A DNA stretch of 63,814 nucleotides, filler included, from Octopus bimaculoides (Eukaryota): assembly GCF_001194135.2 (NCBI RefSeq). It is 5 parts of 5 records of this genome, joined end to end, with 100 filler letters (N's around TTAATTAATTAA, not from the genome) between each part and the next. Parts side by side here need not be neighbours in the genome. Positions count along the whole stretch, not along the records: positions 36,279 to 50,589 come from NC_069000.1; 4 more parts are not named here. One strand, given 5' to 3'. The notes under the pieces are model-generated. The model did no database searches. It was not told the DNA's origin and saw only the letters and a list, made by a program, of their open reading frames with translations. Of this stretch, positions 38,263-50,689 are shown in pieces. The translations under genes and the position numbers were made by a program. How positions within the stretch are numbered: the first letter of the stretch is position 1; each line of letters begins with the position of its first letter.

Positions 38263-38742
38263 AACGTAAATTCAACTCCGCACATTTAACTAGTGTGGGT
38301 GGTAATGAGAATGCATTGAACAACTGGAGGGTCACACATTTATGATTCAGATATCATCAAAACTTATGAATACGAAATAGCTTTCTCTTTCACTTTCAAT
38401 AAAAATATGATATAAATTTTATAGGTAAAGCCAGCAGAGAGAAGAAGTCTATAAAGTGTTCATTAAACGTCTCCTTAGTAACCAAATCAAACTTAGAAAT
38501 GAAATTACGTCTATTTGTTTGATATGTAATTACGAAGGGGTGCTAGGGAAAAAAGAAAAAGGAAAAAAGTGAGTCACACGTGACTACAATATCAGACGTC
38601 TTCAGAAAGAGTTTGGGAGGTTTCTATCTAAATAGTTGCAAGCACTTGTAAGAAAACATTAAATGAGAAGCGGATGTTGGAGAAAAACAATATCTTTAAT
38701 AGCAGATAAATAAATGTTGAATAAATTAAGATGCTACATACA

Positions 38743-38773
<31 letters not shown>

Positions 38774-38834
38774 GTACACACATACACACATATGTATATA
38801 TATTTATATTTATATATGTTTTGCAAACAACTTG

Positions 38835-39225
38835 CACATGCGTAAGAGTGGCTGTGTGTTAAGTAGCTTGCTTACCAACCACATGGTTCCGAGTTCAGTC
38901 CCACTGTGTGGTACCTTGGGCAAGTGTCTTCTACTATAGCCTCAGGCCGACCAAAGCCTTCTGAGTGAATTTGGTAGACGGAAACTGAAAGAAGCCCGTC
39001 GTATATATGTATATGGATATATATTGTTTGTGTGTCTGTGTNNNNNNNNNNGGTGTGTTTTCATCCCCGTAACTTAGCGGTTCGGCAAAAGAGACCGATA
39101 GAATAAGTACTAGGCTTAGAAAGAATAAGTCCTGGGGTCGATTTGCTCGACTAAAGGCGGTGTTCCAGCATGGCCGCAGTCAAATGACTGAAACAAATAA
39201 AAGAGTAAAAGAATAAAAGAGTATG
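38835..39225 (+). mobile_element. SINE family B, full copy (small gap in core)
   Basis: Head, core and tail with a (aaaagagt)-like end. Confidence 0.92.
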
Positions 39226-39761
39226 CAAGTGCTACCAGTCAAGAGCTTCGTATACCGGAAGCCAGTAAATGTAAGGGGTCATCAAGAGAGAAAGCGCTCC
39301 GTTTTAGGGTCTACCTCTCGACGGCATCAATGCGCACTGACCCCCTCCCTCACTGATATGAGGCCCCGCTTGTTAGATCAACTGGTTATAAAATAAAGCT
39401 TAATATTCTTCTAGCCATCGCTTATCGTGTCTTTTTAACCAAATCCGTTTATATTTAGCATGTTTCGTGTTAACTGTGACAGTCAAAAATTACGCTGAAC
39501 AAATTGTCTCGATACAAATCTATCCTGTATTAATAATATGCATTTCTGCGTCGTTGCGCATCATCAGGTACGGATAACTTATTGTCGTTCAAAGCCACTT
39601 ATTATATTAGAACAACTGCTGAGTACTTCGTTGGATGTATGTGGACCAAACCCCTTCCCTTAAATTATTGGCCTTGTGTGCCAAAATTTGAAACCATTAT
39701 CATCATTAATGCCGCTGCTATTGTAGTAGTAGTTGTTGTTGTTGATGTCTTTAGAAAAGGA

Positions 39762-39816
<55 letters not shown>

Positions 39817-40000
39817 AATCGACACTATTCTTAGCAACATTAAACGTAAGCTTCTTTCTTTGGAGCACTTGCCAATGCGAATTTTAATTACTCGTCGACG
39901 TCTGCTTCGATAAGCGAGGGTAGACACAAAAGATCTTTATAGACTTTATGATTTATTTGCTTTCACTTTTACCGCCATTTCATATTAAAAAAATGTGTAC

Positions 40001-40057
40001 CAGATACGCAACACAGCGAGCAAAGCAAGTAGAAACACAGCACAGAAACAGATTCTC
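40001..40057 (-). CDS. Candidate 57-nt exon (phase 2 reading RICFCAVFLLALLAVLRI)
   Basis: tttttgtgattgtcgttcctgcag|...ATCTG|gtacac; all three frames are open; the donor is only moderate. Confidence 0.25.
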
Positions 40058-40367
40058 CTGCAGGAACGACAATCACAAAAAAAAAGCCCACTAAGTAATG
40101 AAGATTTAAGAGAAAAATGAATCATTTTTAACAGCTTAACTAATATTTTGAACGATAGAGGTAACAACAGCAGTGTTTATGCACAGACATATATGTTAAA
40201 CAACGCATGAAGCTGTTGTTGTGCTTAAAGGCCTCAGATTTGGCAAATTTTCCAGAAATGAGAAAACAACGAAATTACTTGGAATAATTGTGTAAATTCA
40301 AAGAGCGTCTCTTTGCTCCAAGATCTAATAAAAGAAAGGTAAAAAATTACCTTCTCAACTCACACCG

Positions 40368-40735
40368 ACTCATAAGGGCCGGTTTCCCAGTTTCATGTAG
40401 TATAAATTTCACACTTGGGTAGGACGTCGTTCCGTCGCTGGATTACTTATTTTTGTCAGTTGAGCAATGTGAAATGAAGTGTTTTGCTCAAGAACACAAC
40501 GTGTCGCCCGGTCCAGGAATCGAAATCACAATCTTGCGATCACAAGTCCAACACTCTAACCACTAAGCTACGCGCCTCCGTTAACGTTCCTTCCCGAGTT
40601 ATATAGACTCATAGGACGGGCTTCCCGGTTTCCATGGCGTATAAATTCCCCACCTGGTGGGGACGCCGGTCCCTCACACGATTACTCATTTTTGCCACCT
40701 GAGTAGACTGGAGTAAAATGAAATGAGAAATTTTG
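40368..40735 (-). mobile_element. CORE-type SINE (one near-full and one partial copy)
   Basis: Minus strand: ggaggcgcgtagcttagtggttagagtg tRNA head, then gtgttcttgagcaaaacacttcatttcac...aaaataagta CORE-like segment; second partial copy at 40608-40735. Confidence 0.75.
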
Positions 40736-40736
40736 C

Positions 40737-40777
<41 letters not shown>

Positions 40778-43309
40778 NNNNNNNNNNNNNNNNNNNNNNN
40801 NNNNNNNNNNNNNNNNNNNNNNNNNNNNNNNNNNNNNNNNNNNNNNNNNNNNNNNNNNNNNNNNNNNNNNNNNNNNNNNNNNNNNNNNNNNNNNNNNNNN
40901 NNNNNNNAAACCAAATATTAATATTTTGAAATTATTTAAAGCGTACGTTTTAGATAATCTTTTTGTTTTTCAGAAAAAAGTTCTCATAAATTAGATGCAT
41001 GAACAGAAAATTTTTTTTAAAAACCTCCAAAAAGCAAAAAACAAAATGAAAAATGGAATTAGTGCCGGCTGATAGCCCAGAAACACATATTGAAGTTAAA
41101 TTACTAAGCTCTGATATAAAAAAAAAATGGGTTAAACACGTTTCCTGCCTGATGTGCGTAACTCATCTTAGGAAGTTGACTGACAATTCAAAACAATGAA
41201 AAACAGCTTTAACAGACTGTGTTCAAGATACTCGTTTCAACAGCCACTGTTCGGTTCATCCAGTGAACATGTGTAGCGTATTTTTCGCTTTATAAACCAA
41301 AGTTTGTTTGGATTGGCTGCAATTCCGCGATATCATTTCTCTAATCACATGGTTGTGGTCTGTCTGGCATCTAAAGGGGAAACATCAAGTAGACTGACAG
41401 CCAGGGTATTAGGTACAGTAATCACTGATGTTGATATGTTACATGTATCTGTAATTTGGTAATTCTATGTATAAGAATATGTGCTTATCTGTATATAATA
41501 ATATATGTTTGTACGTTTACTCACACATACATTTAGCTCCAGTTTTCTCTAGCTACTGTAGTTGTTGACAATATAAACAGATTGGTTACTTGTTTCTCTG
41601 GGATTGGTCAAAGTACTGCAGGTGTGTTTATGACCCCGTAACTTAGCAGGTCAGCAAAAGAGACCGATAGAATAAGAACTAGACTTACAAAGAATAAGTC
41701 CTGGTGTGGGTTCGATTTGTTCGACTAAAGGCGGTGATCCAGCATGGCTGCAGTCAAATGACTGAAACGAGTCTATATATATATATATNNNNNNNNNNNN
41801 NNNNNNNNNNNNNNNNNNNNNNNNNNNNNNNNNNNNNNNNNNNNNNNNNNNNNNNNNNNNNNNNNNNNNNNNNNNNNNNNNNNNNNNNNNNNNNNNNNNN
41901 NNNNNNNNNNNNNNNNNNNNNNNNNNNNNNNNNNNNNNNNNNNNNNNNNNNNNNNNNNNNNNNNNNNNNNNNNNNNNNNNNNNNNNNNNNNNNNNNNNNN
42001 NNNNNNNNNNNNNNNNNNNNNNNNNNNNNNNNNNNNNNNNNNNNNNNNNNNNNNNNNNNNNNNNNNNNNNNNNNNNNNNNNNNNNNNNNNNNNNNNNNNN
42101 NNNNNNNNNNNNNNNNNNNNNNNNNNNNNNNNNNNNNNNNNNNNNNNNNNNNNNNNNNNNNNNNNNNNNNNNNNNNNNNNNNNNNNNNNNNNNNNNNNNN
42201 NNNNNNNNNNNNNNNNNNNNNNNNNNNNNNNNNNNNNNNNNNNNNNNNNNNNNNNNNNNNNNNNNNNNNNNNNNNNNNNNNNNNNNNNNNNNNNNNNNNN
42301 NNNNNNNNNNNNNNNNNNNNNNNNNNNNNNNNNNNNNNNNNNNNNNNNNNNNNNNNNNNNNNNNNNNNNNNNNNNNNNNNNNNNNNNNNNNNNNNNNNNN
42401 NNNNNNNNNNNNNNNNNNNNNNNNNNNNNNNNNNNNNNNNNNNNNNNNNNNNNNNNNNNNNNNNNNNNNNNNNNNNNNNNNNNNNNNNNNNNNNNNNNNN
42501 NNNNNNNNNNNNNNNNNNNNNNNNNNNNNNNNNNNNNNNNNNNNNNNNNNNNNNNNNNNNNNNNNNNNNNNNNNNNNNNNNNNNNNNNNNNNNNNNNNNN
42601 NNNNNNNNNNNNNNNNNNNNNNNNNNNNNNNNNNNNNNNNNNNNNNNNNNNNNNNNNNNNNNNNNNNNNNNNNNNNNNNNNNNNNNNNNTATAAAAGCAT
42701 GTGTCCATGTTGAAATATATATAGAGGTTCAATAATCTATGCAGAGATGTACTCATCGATACCTAGCTACAGAAGGAGGCAGGCAGGTGAAGAGATAGGA
42801 TAGGCAGAGAGAGAAAGAGAGAGAAAAAGAGAGAGAAATAGGGAGAGAGAGAGAGAAGATAGAGAGAGAAGATAGAGAGAGAAGCGAGAAAGTTGCAAAC
42901 AGACATATGGACAGATACCTTGATAATGAAAGAAGATTAAAAACCCAAATAAATCAAAGTCTGTGTTGTGTACTCTACTTGATACAAGAGGTGTAGGAAG
43001 CAGAGAGTACATACATCAAACTCTAATTTTGTGCTGAAAATATGTAGGATCCTTTGTATATGTATAAATGTACGCTTAAATGGATAGTCTATAAGATTTA
43101 ACAAGCTACATCAGATTGAATAGCAAATCGTAAACATAAAAATATTATACATTGTTGTGGAAGCAGGTGGAAAACAAGAAACGCTGGAGAAATACGAAAC
43201 TAAAGAAATAGCTCACGGCAACAGTACACACGCTCCACAGAAATGCAGGAACATTAGTCGTGTAGAGGAAATTTGGCATGAAACGAACGAAACAGAAGCG
43301 GTAATGATG

Positions 43310-43342
<33 letters not shown>

Positions 43343-43352
43343 GCAAGAAAAC

Positions 43353-43390
<38 letters not shown>

Positions 43391-43393
<3 letters not shown>

Positions 43394-44560
43394 AAGCAAA
43401 CCGACCTGATCGCAGTGAAAATCTTATTAAAAAAAATTTGTCTTCTGATTGATGCTGAAACTCCAGCTGACAAAAAGATATCAATGAAAACATTTGGACA
43501 AGGAGATCTAATCGAAAGAGTGTGGCATCTCAAAACAGCAACATTGCCTATTATCATTATTGTTATTATTATAATTATTTTATGTTTGACTTTTGCTTTG
43601 CATTTGTACAAGTTGGATCCAAGTCTCACCCAGAGACCTCAAGAGACAACAAGTTAGAAGTTCATGTAGGTGTTATGCCTAGGGTACCATATATTTCGAT
43701 TTGTACATAGTGTTGTTCTAGAGAATGTTTAAGAAACCATAAGAAAATTATGTGTTTGTTTTAAAATTTGAGATCACATAGACAGTATTTTACGTAGGAT
43801 ATGGGCAGTTCCNNNNNNNNNNNNNNNNNNNNNNNNNNNNNNNNNNNNNNNNNNNNNNNNNNNNNNNNNNNNNNNNNNNNNNNNNNNNNNNNNNNNNNNN
43901 NNNNNNNNNNNNNNNNNNNNNNNNNNNNNNNNNNNNNNNNNNNNNNNNNNNNNNNNNNNNNNNNNNNNNNNNNNNNNNNNNNNNNNNNNNNNNNNNNNNN
44001 NNNNNNNNNNNNNNNNNNNNNNNNNNNNNNNNNNNNNNNNNNNNNNNNNNNNNNNNNNNNNNNNNNNNNNNNNNNNNNNNNNNNNNNNNNNNNNNNNNNN
44101 NNNNNNNNNNNNNNNNNNNNNNNNNNNNNNNNNNNNNNNNNNNNNNNNNNNNNNNNNNNNNNNNNNNNNNNNNNNNNNNNNNNNNNNNNNNNNNNNNNNN
44201 NNNNNNNNNNNNNNNNNNNNNNNNNNNNNNNNNNNNNNNNNNNNNNNNNNNNNNNNNNNNNNNNNNNNNNNNNNNNNNNNNNNNNNNNNNNNNNNNNNNN
44301 NNNNNNNNNNNNNNNNNNNNNNNNNNNNNNNNNNNNNNNNNNNNNNNNNNNNNNNNNNNNNNNNNNNNNNNNNNNNNNNNNNNNNNNNNNNNNNNNNNNN
44401 NNNNNNNNNNNNNTTATTATTATTATTATTATTATTATTGAGGCACTTGGAATGTTATGATATCAAAAGAAACAAACAGGTATGTAGAGCAAATCCCTGC
44501 CAGCCCAAAAATAAGCGAATTACAGATGAAACTTATGGGTATCTCACACATTCTACGTCC
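43391..44560 (+). mobile_element. R4/NeSL-like RLE retrotransposon 3' fragments (gap inside)
   Basis: DLIAVKILLKKICLLIDAETPADKKISMK...IERVWHLKTATLPIII then ALGM(L) resembles PDI....CLLID..P.D...KY.DL..E.ERMW.LKT..IP....ALG. Confidence 0.65.
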
Positions 44561-44879
44561 GGTGCGGTAGTTATTCTGCCACGTTGCCGCCCTTACGCGG
44601 GTAGAAATCATGAAGTTAATATAAAATGACATCGTTATCAAAATCGAAATCGGTTCAAAGTCTCCAATTACTGAACCAGCTTCTCCAACTTCTCATCAAA
44701 TATCTGACAACAAAAAATGAGCATATTTTACGGTGGATTTCTGAAAACACGCTGTATCGTCTTACAACAGTAGACGATGTCATTGCAAGCTTTAATGTTA
44801 TTTCCACCTCATTACAGTACCATATTGTTCTTCCTTCTATATTCAGTAGTTTTATACAGTTGCGATAGTTATTGGCAGT

Positions 44880-45270
44880 TTGTTGTTGTTGGCACTCCGT
44901 CGCTTACGACGTCGAGGGTTCCAGTTGATCCGATCAACGGAACAGCCTGCTCGTGAAATTAACGTGCAAGTGGTTGAGCACTCCACAGACACGTGTACCC
45001 TCAACGTAGTTCTCGGGGATAATCAGTGTGACACAGTGTGACAAGGCTGACCCTTTGAATTACAGGCACAACATAAACAGGAAGTAGGAGTGAGAGAAAG
45101 TTGTGGTGAAAGAGTACAGCAAGGGTTCGCCACCATCCCCTGCCGGAGCCTTGTGGAGCTTTTAGGTGTTTTCGCTCAATAAACACTCACAACGCCCGGT
45201 CTGGGAATCGAAACCGCGATCCTATGACCGCGAGTCCGCTGCCCTAATCACTGGGCCATTGCGCCTCCAC
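44880..45270 (-). mobile_element. SINE family A with ~13-bp TSD
   Basis: Matches the other two copies. TSD agttattggNagt at 44867-44879 and 45271-45283. Confidence 0.92.
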
Positions 45271-45524
45271 AGTTATTGGGAGTATATTTTTTTGAAAGAA
45301 AACTTTTACTGACATTGTACACATCAGCTTCAATATACATTATAATAAATAAGCGTCTATAAAATGGCCAACTAAACACTGAACTGTATTATTGTATTTC
45401 TAGTCCTTAGTTACTTGGACGACTTCCAAAACCGTAGACTATTAATATAACTGATCATCTTTTATTCATTTATTTCTTTATTGTTATAATCAGAAACATG
45501 CACGATAAATCCACGCATGTAGGC

Positions 45525-45635
45525 GCAGGCGTAGCAGTGTGGTAAGAAGTTTCTCCCCAATCACACCATTTCGGGTTCAGTACTGTTGTGTGGAATCTTG
45601 CGCAAGTGTCTTTCACTATAGCCTCGAGTCGACCA
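45525..45635 (+). mobile_element. SINE family B-like 5' part
   Basis: ggcgcaggcgtagcagtgtggtaagaag...cgggttcagtac...caagtgtctttcactatagcctcg. Confidence 0.75.
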
Positions 45636-47019
45636 TATATATATATATATANNNNNNNNNNNNNNNNNNNNNNNNNNNNNNNNNNNNNNNNNNNNNNNNN
45701 NNNNNNNNNNNNNNNNNNNNNNNNNNNNNNNNNNNNNNNNNNNNNNNNNNNNNNNNNNNNNNNNNNNNNNNNNNNNNNNNNNNNNNNNNNNNNNNNNNNN
45801 NNNNNNNNNNNNNNNNNNNNNNNNNNNNNNNNNNNNNNNNNNNNNNNNNNNNNNNNNNNNNNNNNNNNNNNNNNNNNNNNNNNNNNNNNNNNNNNNNNNN
45901 NNNNNNNNNNNNNNNNNNNNNNNNNNNNNNNNNNNNNNNNNNNNNNNNNNNNNNNNNNNNNNNNNNNNNNNNNNNNNNNNNNNNNNNNNNNNNNNNNNNN
46001 NNNNNNNNNNNNNNNNNNNNNNNNNNNNNNNNNNNNNNNNNNNNNNNNNNNNNNNNNNNNNNNNNNNNNNNNNNNNNNNNNNNNNNNNNNNNNNNNNNNN
46101 NNNNNNNNNNNNNNNNNNNNNNNNNNNNNNNNNNNNNNNNNNNNNNNNNNNNNNNNNNNNNNNNNNNNNNNNNNNNNNNNNNNNNNNNNNNNNNNNNNNN
46201 NNNNNNNNNNNNNNNNATGTATGTATGTATGTATGTAGCGATCATGTATTGAGATCTATTCACTTTGTTGTATTTTATCCCCCCGCCAAAAAAAAAAAAA
46301 AAGAAAAAACGTTGTAGCTTGCTTCAGGACATGAAATCAATATTTTTATTGATTACAAGATTTTTATACGTTTCCATGCATAAAATCAGCACTCAGTGGT
46401 AGGGAGAAGCGTTAATCTACAATATAAATAAACTTCTCACAACTGAATTTCTGCAGAGATCTTCAATACTAATTTAATTTCTTCCATTCGGCTTTTGCTC
46501 AAGTTCAGAAGCTTTAGAGACATAGAAATAGCATATCTTTGCGTATTACCTCTGAGCTTTACTTAATCAAAATAACGATGGAGGAATCTACTTGCCAGCA
46601 ATGAAAGGTAATAAAATTATGATGTTATTATTTTGTTTGCTGAATATAGAGTAAGTGGGTGTGTTTACTAATTGGCATGTAATAGTGTAACCGAAGGAAA
46701 TTAGTATTAATCTTTCTGCCTTGGATTTATCGGTTAGTATTCTATTTCTCAGATGTTGAGAACTGAATCATTCTTGATTAACTTAACTACCAGCGGGACA
46801 GACACTAACGAAGGTTTACGAAAATAAATTAATACCTGCAAATGCACTTTTAATAAGAGTTTTCAAATAATTTAGTTGAGAAAGTTATATGAGCAATACA
46901 AAAACGAATTCTAAATAAATTCCACTGCCATCGCGCTAGTAAAATTTAGATAAACCACTCATAAAATGTATCTTATTGATTGTCAATAAGATATTCGCTT
47001 CCAATTCGCATGGTTCTAA

Positions 47020-47450
47020 GTTATATATATGTTCTGGAAGACCCGTTACTATTTGACCATGTCCACTGTGAAGTGTTCGGATGTTCCAACCAATATGGTT
47101 CTGCCAGTTGAAAGTGTCTTATCAGATCCCGAAAGCCAGGGTTACATTTACTATTCATGTTCGAGCCAACACAATCTGTGGTGTGTCACAAATTGTGTTA
47201 AAGTGTCCTATCAATACTAATGAATACGATGTGGCCAGGAACTTGCCCAGGTCACGAAAATATTCACTTTGCGGACCCATAATGTTGGGTGAATAAATTG
47301 CAGCCAGCCTTATTGTATTGTTACAAATGAACGTCAGGTCGAGAACGACCAGCCTGCCTTCTAGATCAGAAAAAAACCAACTTCTTCTCGGTTACCCGCT
47401 GTCACGTGTGTATCGGGCAGGATACTCTTGCAATAGCAACCATACATGAA
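47020..47450 (-). mobile_element. L1/Tx1-like LINE relic, APE endonuclease fragment
   Basis: Minus translation SDLEGRLVVLDL...IRLAAIYSPN...YFRDLGKFLATS..LVLIGHFNTICD / FRDLIRHFQL...HPNTSQWTWSNSNGSSR. Confidence 0.8.
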
Positions 47451-47487
47451 TCTCAGAATATCGGTTAGTGAAGGTCTTAGATTCCAG

Positions 47488-47527
<40 letters not shown>

Positions 47528-47624
47528 TACGTGTTTATATTTATAATTAAATATATATATGTGCATATGTGTATATATATTCACACGCGTATACCTACAT
47601 TTATTCATGCATCTGCGTGCGCGC

Positions 47625-47668
<44 letters not shown>

Positions 47669-47711
47669 GTGCATATATATGTATGTATGTAATGTAATAT
47701 GTAATATGATA

Positions 47712-47890
47712 TAAGGCAGCGAGATGGCAGAAACGTTAGCACGCCGAGCGAAATGCTTAGTGGCATTTCGTCTGCTTTTACGTTCTGAGTTCAAATTCCG
47801 TCGAGGTTGACTTTGTCTTTCATCTTTTCGGGGTCGATAAATTAAGTACCAGTTGCGTACTGCGGACGTATAGCCCCTTCCCCAGAAAAG
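47712..47890 (+). mobile_element. SINE family C copy
   Basis: aaggcagcgagatggcagaaacgttagcacgcc...ggggtcgataaattaagtacc. Confidence 0.9.
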
Positions 47891-48549
47891 AATATGTAAT
47901 ATATTAATAATACATACAAGTAAGTATGTATGTATGTATGTGAGAAGAGAGAGAGAGAGAGAGAAGGAGGGAGACACGTGCGACATGTGAGTTTCTGTCT
48001 GTGTTGGCACGTGACTATTAGTGTATGTGTATGCGCATTTGTGTTTATGTGTGTGTTTGTGTGTTTGGTTTCTTCCTCTATTTCCGTGTATGTTTTCTTC
48101 CTCTATGTTCGGTTTTTCTTTCCGCTCACCTATTTTAAAAAGCAAATCGTTGCACGTGTCGTCCATAATAAGAGAATATAATTATCAATTATGCAGTTTA
48201 ACTGCTTACCAATATACACCACATCCAAATTCACAACCAACTACACCCTCATATAACAACAACATTCACGACAACAACAACTACAACACTATATAGAAAT
48301 AACATCAGTAACACTACAAATGCCAGCGGCAGAACCTCTATGCGTCGTATGACTTACTAGAAATAGCAGTTAAATTTGTTTTACAATTCGTTCTACTTAG
48401 TCTCTGAAAATGTAAGGGTATTTTGGGTGGTGTAGTCACAGATTTATACCTAAAACTGTGGTGGGGTGTACAAGGCTGAAACGCTTTGGGAACAGCTGGA
48501 AATCGTAATTCTGCTGAATCAGGGCTGACCGGGGTCTAAACAATAGTCC

Positions 48550-49565
48550 TTTCAACTATAGACGCAAGGCCTGAAATTTTAGGGGAGGGGACTAGTCGAT
48601 TACATCGACCCCAGTGCTCAACCGGTTCTAATTTTATCGACCCCCGAATAGATGAAAGTTGACCCGGTGGAATTTGAACACAGAACATAAAGACGGACGA
48701 AATGCCCGGCGTGCTAACGATTCTGTCTGTTCACCGCTTTAAGACGGTTGCATTTAAAATAATATTGCTTTCAAGTCTTGATATAAGGCCAACATGTTCG
48801 GGGAAGGGGTAAGCCAATTACATCGACCCCAGTACTCAGCTGGAACTTATTTTAGACCCCCGAAAGGATACAAGGCAAAGTAGACTTCGGCGGAATTTGA
48901 ACTCAGAATGTAAAAAAACGGACGAAATACTGCTAAGCATTTTACCCGGCGTGTTAACGATTCTGCCAACTCGCCATCTTTGCATTTAAACTAATATTGA
49001 TTTCAACAATTTCGAGGGATGACTGACTCGATTAGATCGACCCCATTGCTTGACTGTTACTTATTTTATCAACCCAAAGACCATGAAAGGTAAAATCAAT
49101 CTCGGCGGGATTTTAACTCCAAACGTAAAAACGGACGAAATACCACTCAGCATTTTATTCGGCGCGCTGACGATTCTTTTTCTACTCTAGGCACAAGGCC
49201 CGAAATTTTGAGGAACGGGGCCAGTCGATTAGATCGACCTCAATACGCAACTGGTACTTAAATTATCAACCGCGAAAGGATGAAAGGTAAAGTTGATCTC
49301 GGCGGAATTTGAACTCAGAACGTAAAGACAGACGAAATACCGCTAAACATTTCTACTCTCTGAACAAGGCCTGAAAATCTTGGAGAGGGGGCCAGTCGAT
49401 TAGATCAACCCAGTACGCAACTGATACTTAAATTATCGAGCCCGAAAGGATGAAAAGAGCAAAGTTCACCTCGGTGGAATTTGTACTCAGAACATGAAGA
49501 CAGACGAAATACCGCTAAGCTTTTCGCCCGACGTGCTAACGATTTTACCAGCTCTCCGCCTCTCC
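48550..49565 (-). mobile_element. Head-to-tail array of five SINE family C copies
   Basis: Units start near 48550, 48760, 48995, 49177 and 49350; each has gtcgattaNatcgacc, ggaatttNaactc and gacgaaat. Confidence 0.85.
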
Positions 49566-49773
49566 ATTTAAACTAATATAATCAACACTATTCTCTTTAG
49601 TGTTTTTCTTGAACAACTGTTTGAAGTTTGGAATTCAGTCGGTTTTTCTTTCACTTTCATTGTCTTTACCATTTCAAACTTTATTTTTATTTTGTATTTA
49701 CTTAATTGTTCGAAAATGAGGCTGGAGGCTACTGCTACAACGACGATGGTGAACACATCTGTTTGCTACTTAC

Positions 49774-49817
49774 GAAGCGGCTGCCTTCCAACGCGTATAA
49801 ATATTGCAAGTGGATAT
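49774..49817 (-). CDS. Candidate 44-nt exon
   Basis: catgtgtttttggcag|ATATCC...CGCTTC|gtaagt; all frames open (ISTCNIYTRWKAAA or xIHLQYLYALEGSRF). Confidence 0.35.
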
Positions 49818-50269
49818 CTGCCAAAAACACATGAGCATTTGAAAATGTAGAAAGACAAACTTTTCTCCTGCCCCCAGGGAATAGGGTGGACATTTATCCA
49901 ATCTAAAAGGAAAGAAATAGCATTTTTTCCGTGGGCAATCCGGATAAATATTAGTTTTTCGTGAAGTGCTGACATAGACGGTTGTTCCTTTCAGCACTCA
50001 ATAATAATAATGGTTTCAAATTTTGCACTTTATGGGGAAATCTCACGAGATTTTGTAATTCTCGCTTTCTATCACAGCCTTTAGTTCGTGTCCATACTAC
50101 TTTTCTCTTGGTTTGAAACCATTCACTCGGCTAACATCCTAGTGCATTCTTTTGCCAAGAAACATGTCTACACTTATACTCTTTTCACGCTAGTATATTG
50201 CATTTGTTTAAAAGGTGATTGGTACTTTCGACTCCTTTCCTGCAGATTCTGCATTTTGCACTTAATTTA

Positions 50270-50582
50270 TCAATCCTGAAAGGATGAAAGGCAAAGTCAA
50301 CCTTGGTGGAATTTGAACTCAGAACGTAGCGATGGGCGAAATAATGCTAAGCATTTCGTCCAGCGTGCAAATAATTCTGAATCCTTTCTACTATAGGCAC
50401 AAGGTCTGAAATTTGTGGGGGAACATCGACCCTAGGGTTTCACTGGTACTTAATTTATCGATCCCGAAAGGAGGAAAGGCAAAGTCGACCTCGGCGGAAT
50501 TTGAACTCAGAGCGTACAGACGGATGAAATGCCATTAAGCATTTCGTCCGACATGGTAACGTTTCTGCCAGCTCATCACCTT
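50270..50582 (-). mobile_element. Two tandem SINE family C copies
   Basis: cctgaaaggatgaaaggcaaagtcaacc... appears at about 50275 and 50462. Confidence 0.85.
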
Positions 50583-50589
50583 GGGTTTG

Positions 50590-50689
50590 NNNNNNNNNNN
50601 NNNNNNNNNNNNNNNNNNNNNNNNNNNNNNNNNTTAATTAATTAANNNNNNNNNNNNNNNNNNNNNNNNNNNNNNNNNNNNNNNNNNNN
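50590..50689. other. Artificial scaffold-joining linker
   Basis: N44-TTAATTAATTAA-N44. Confidence 0.9.
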
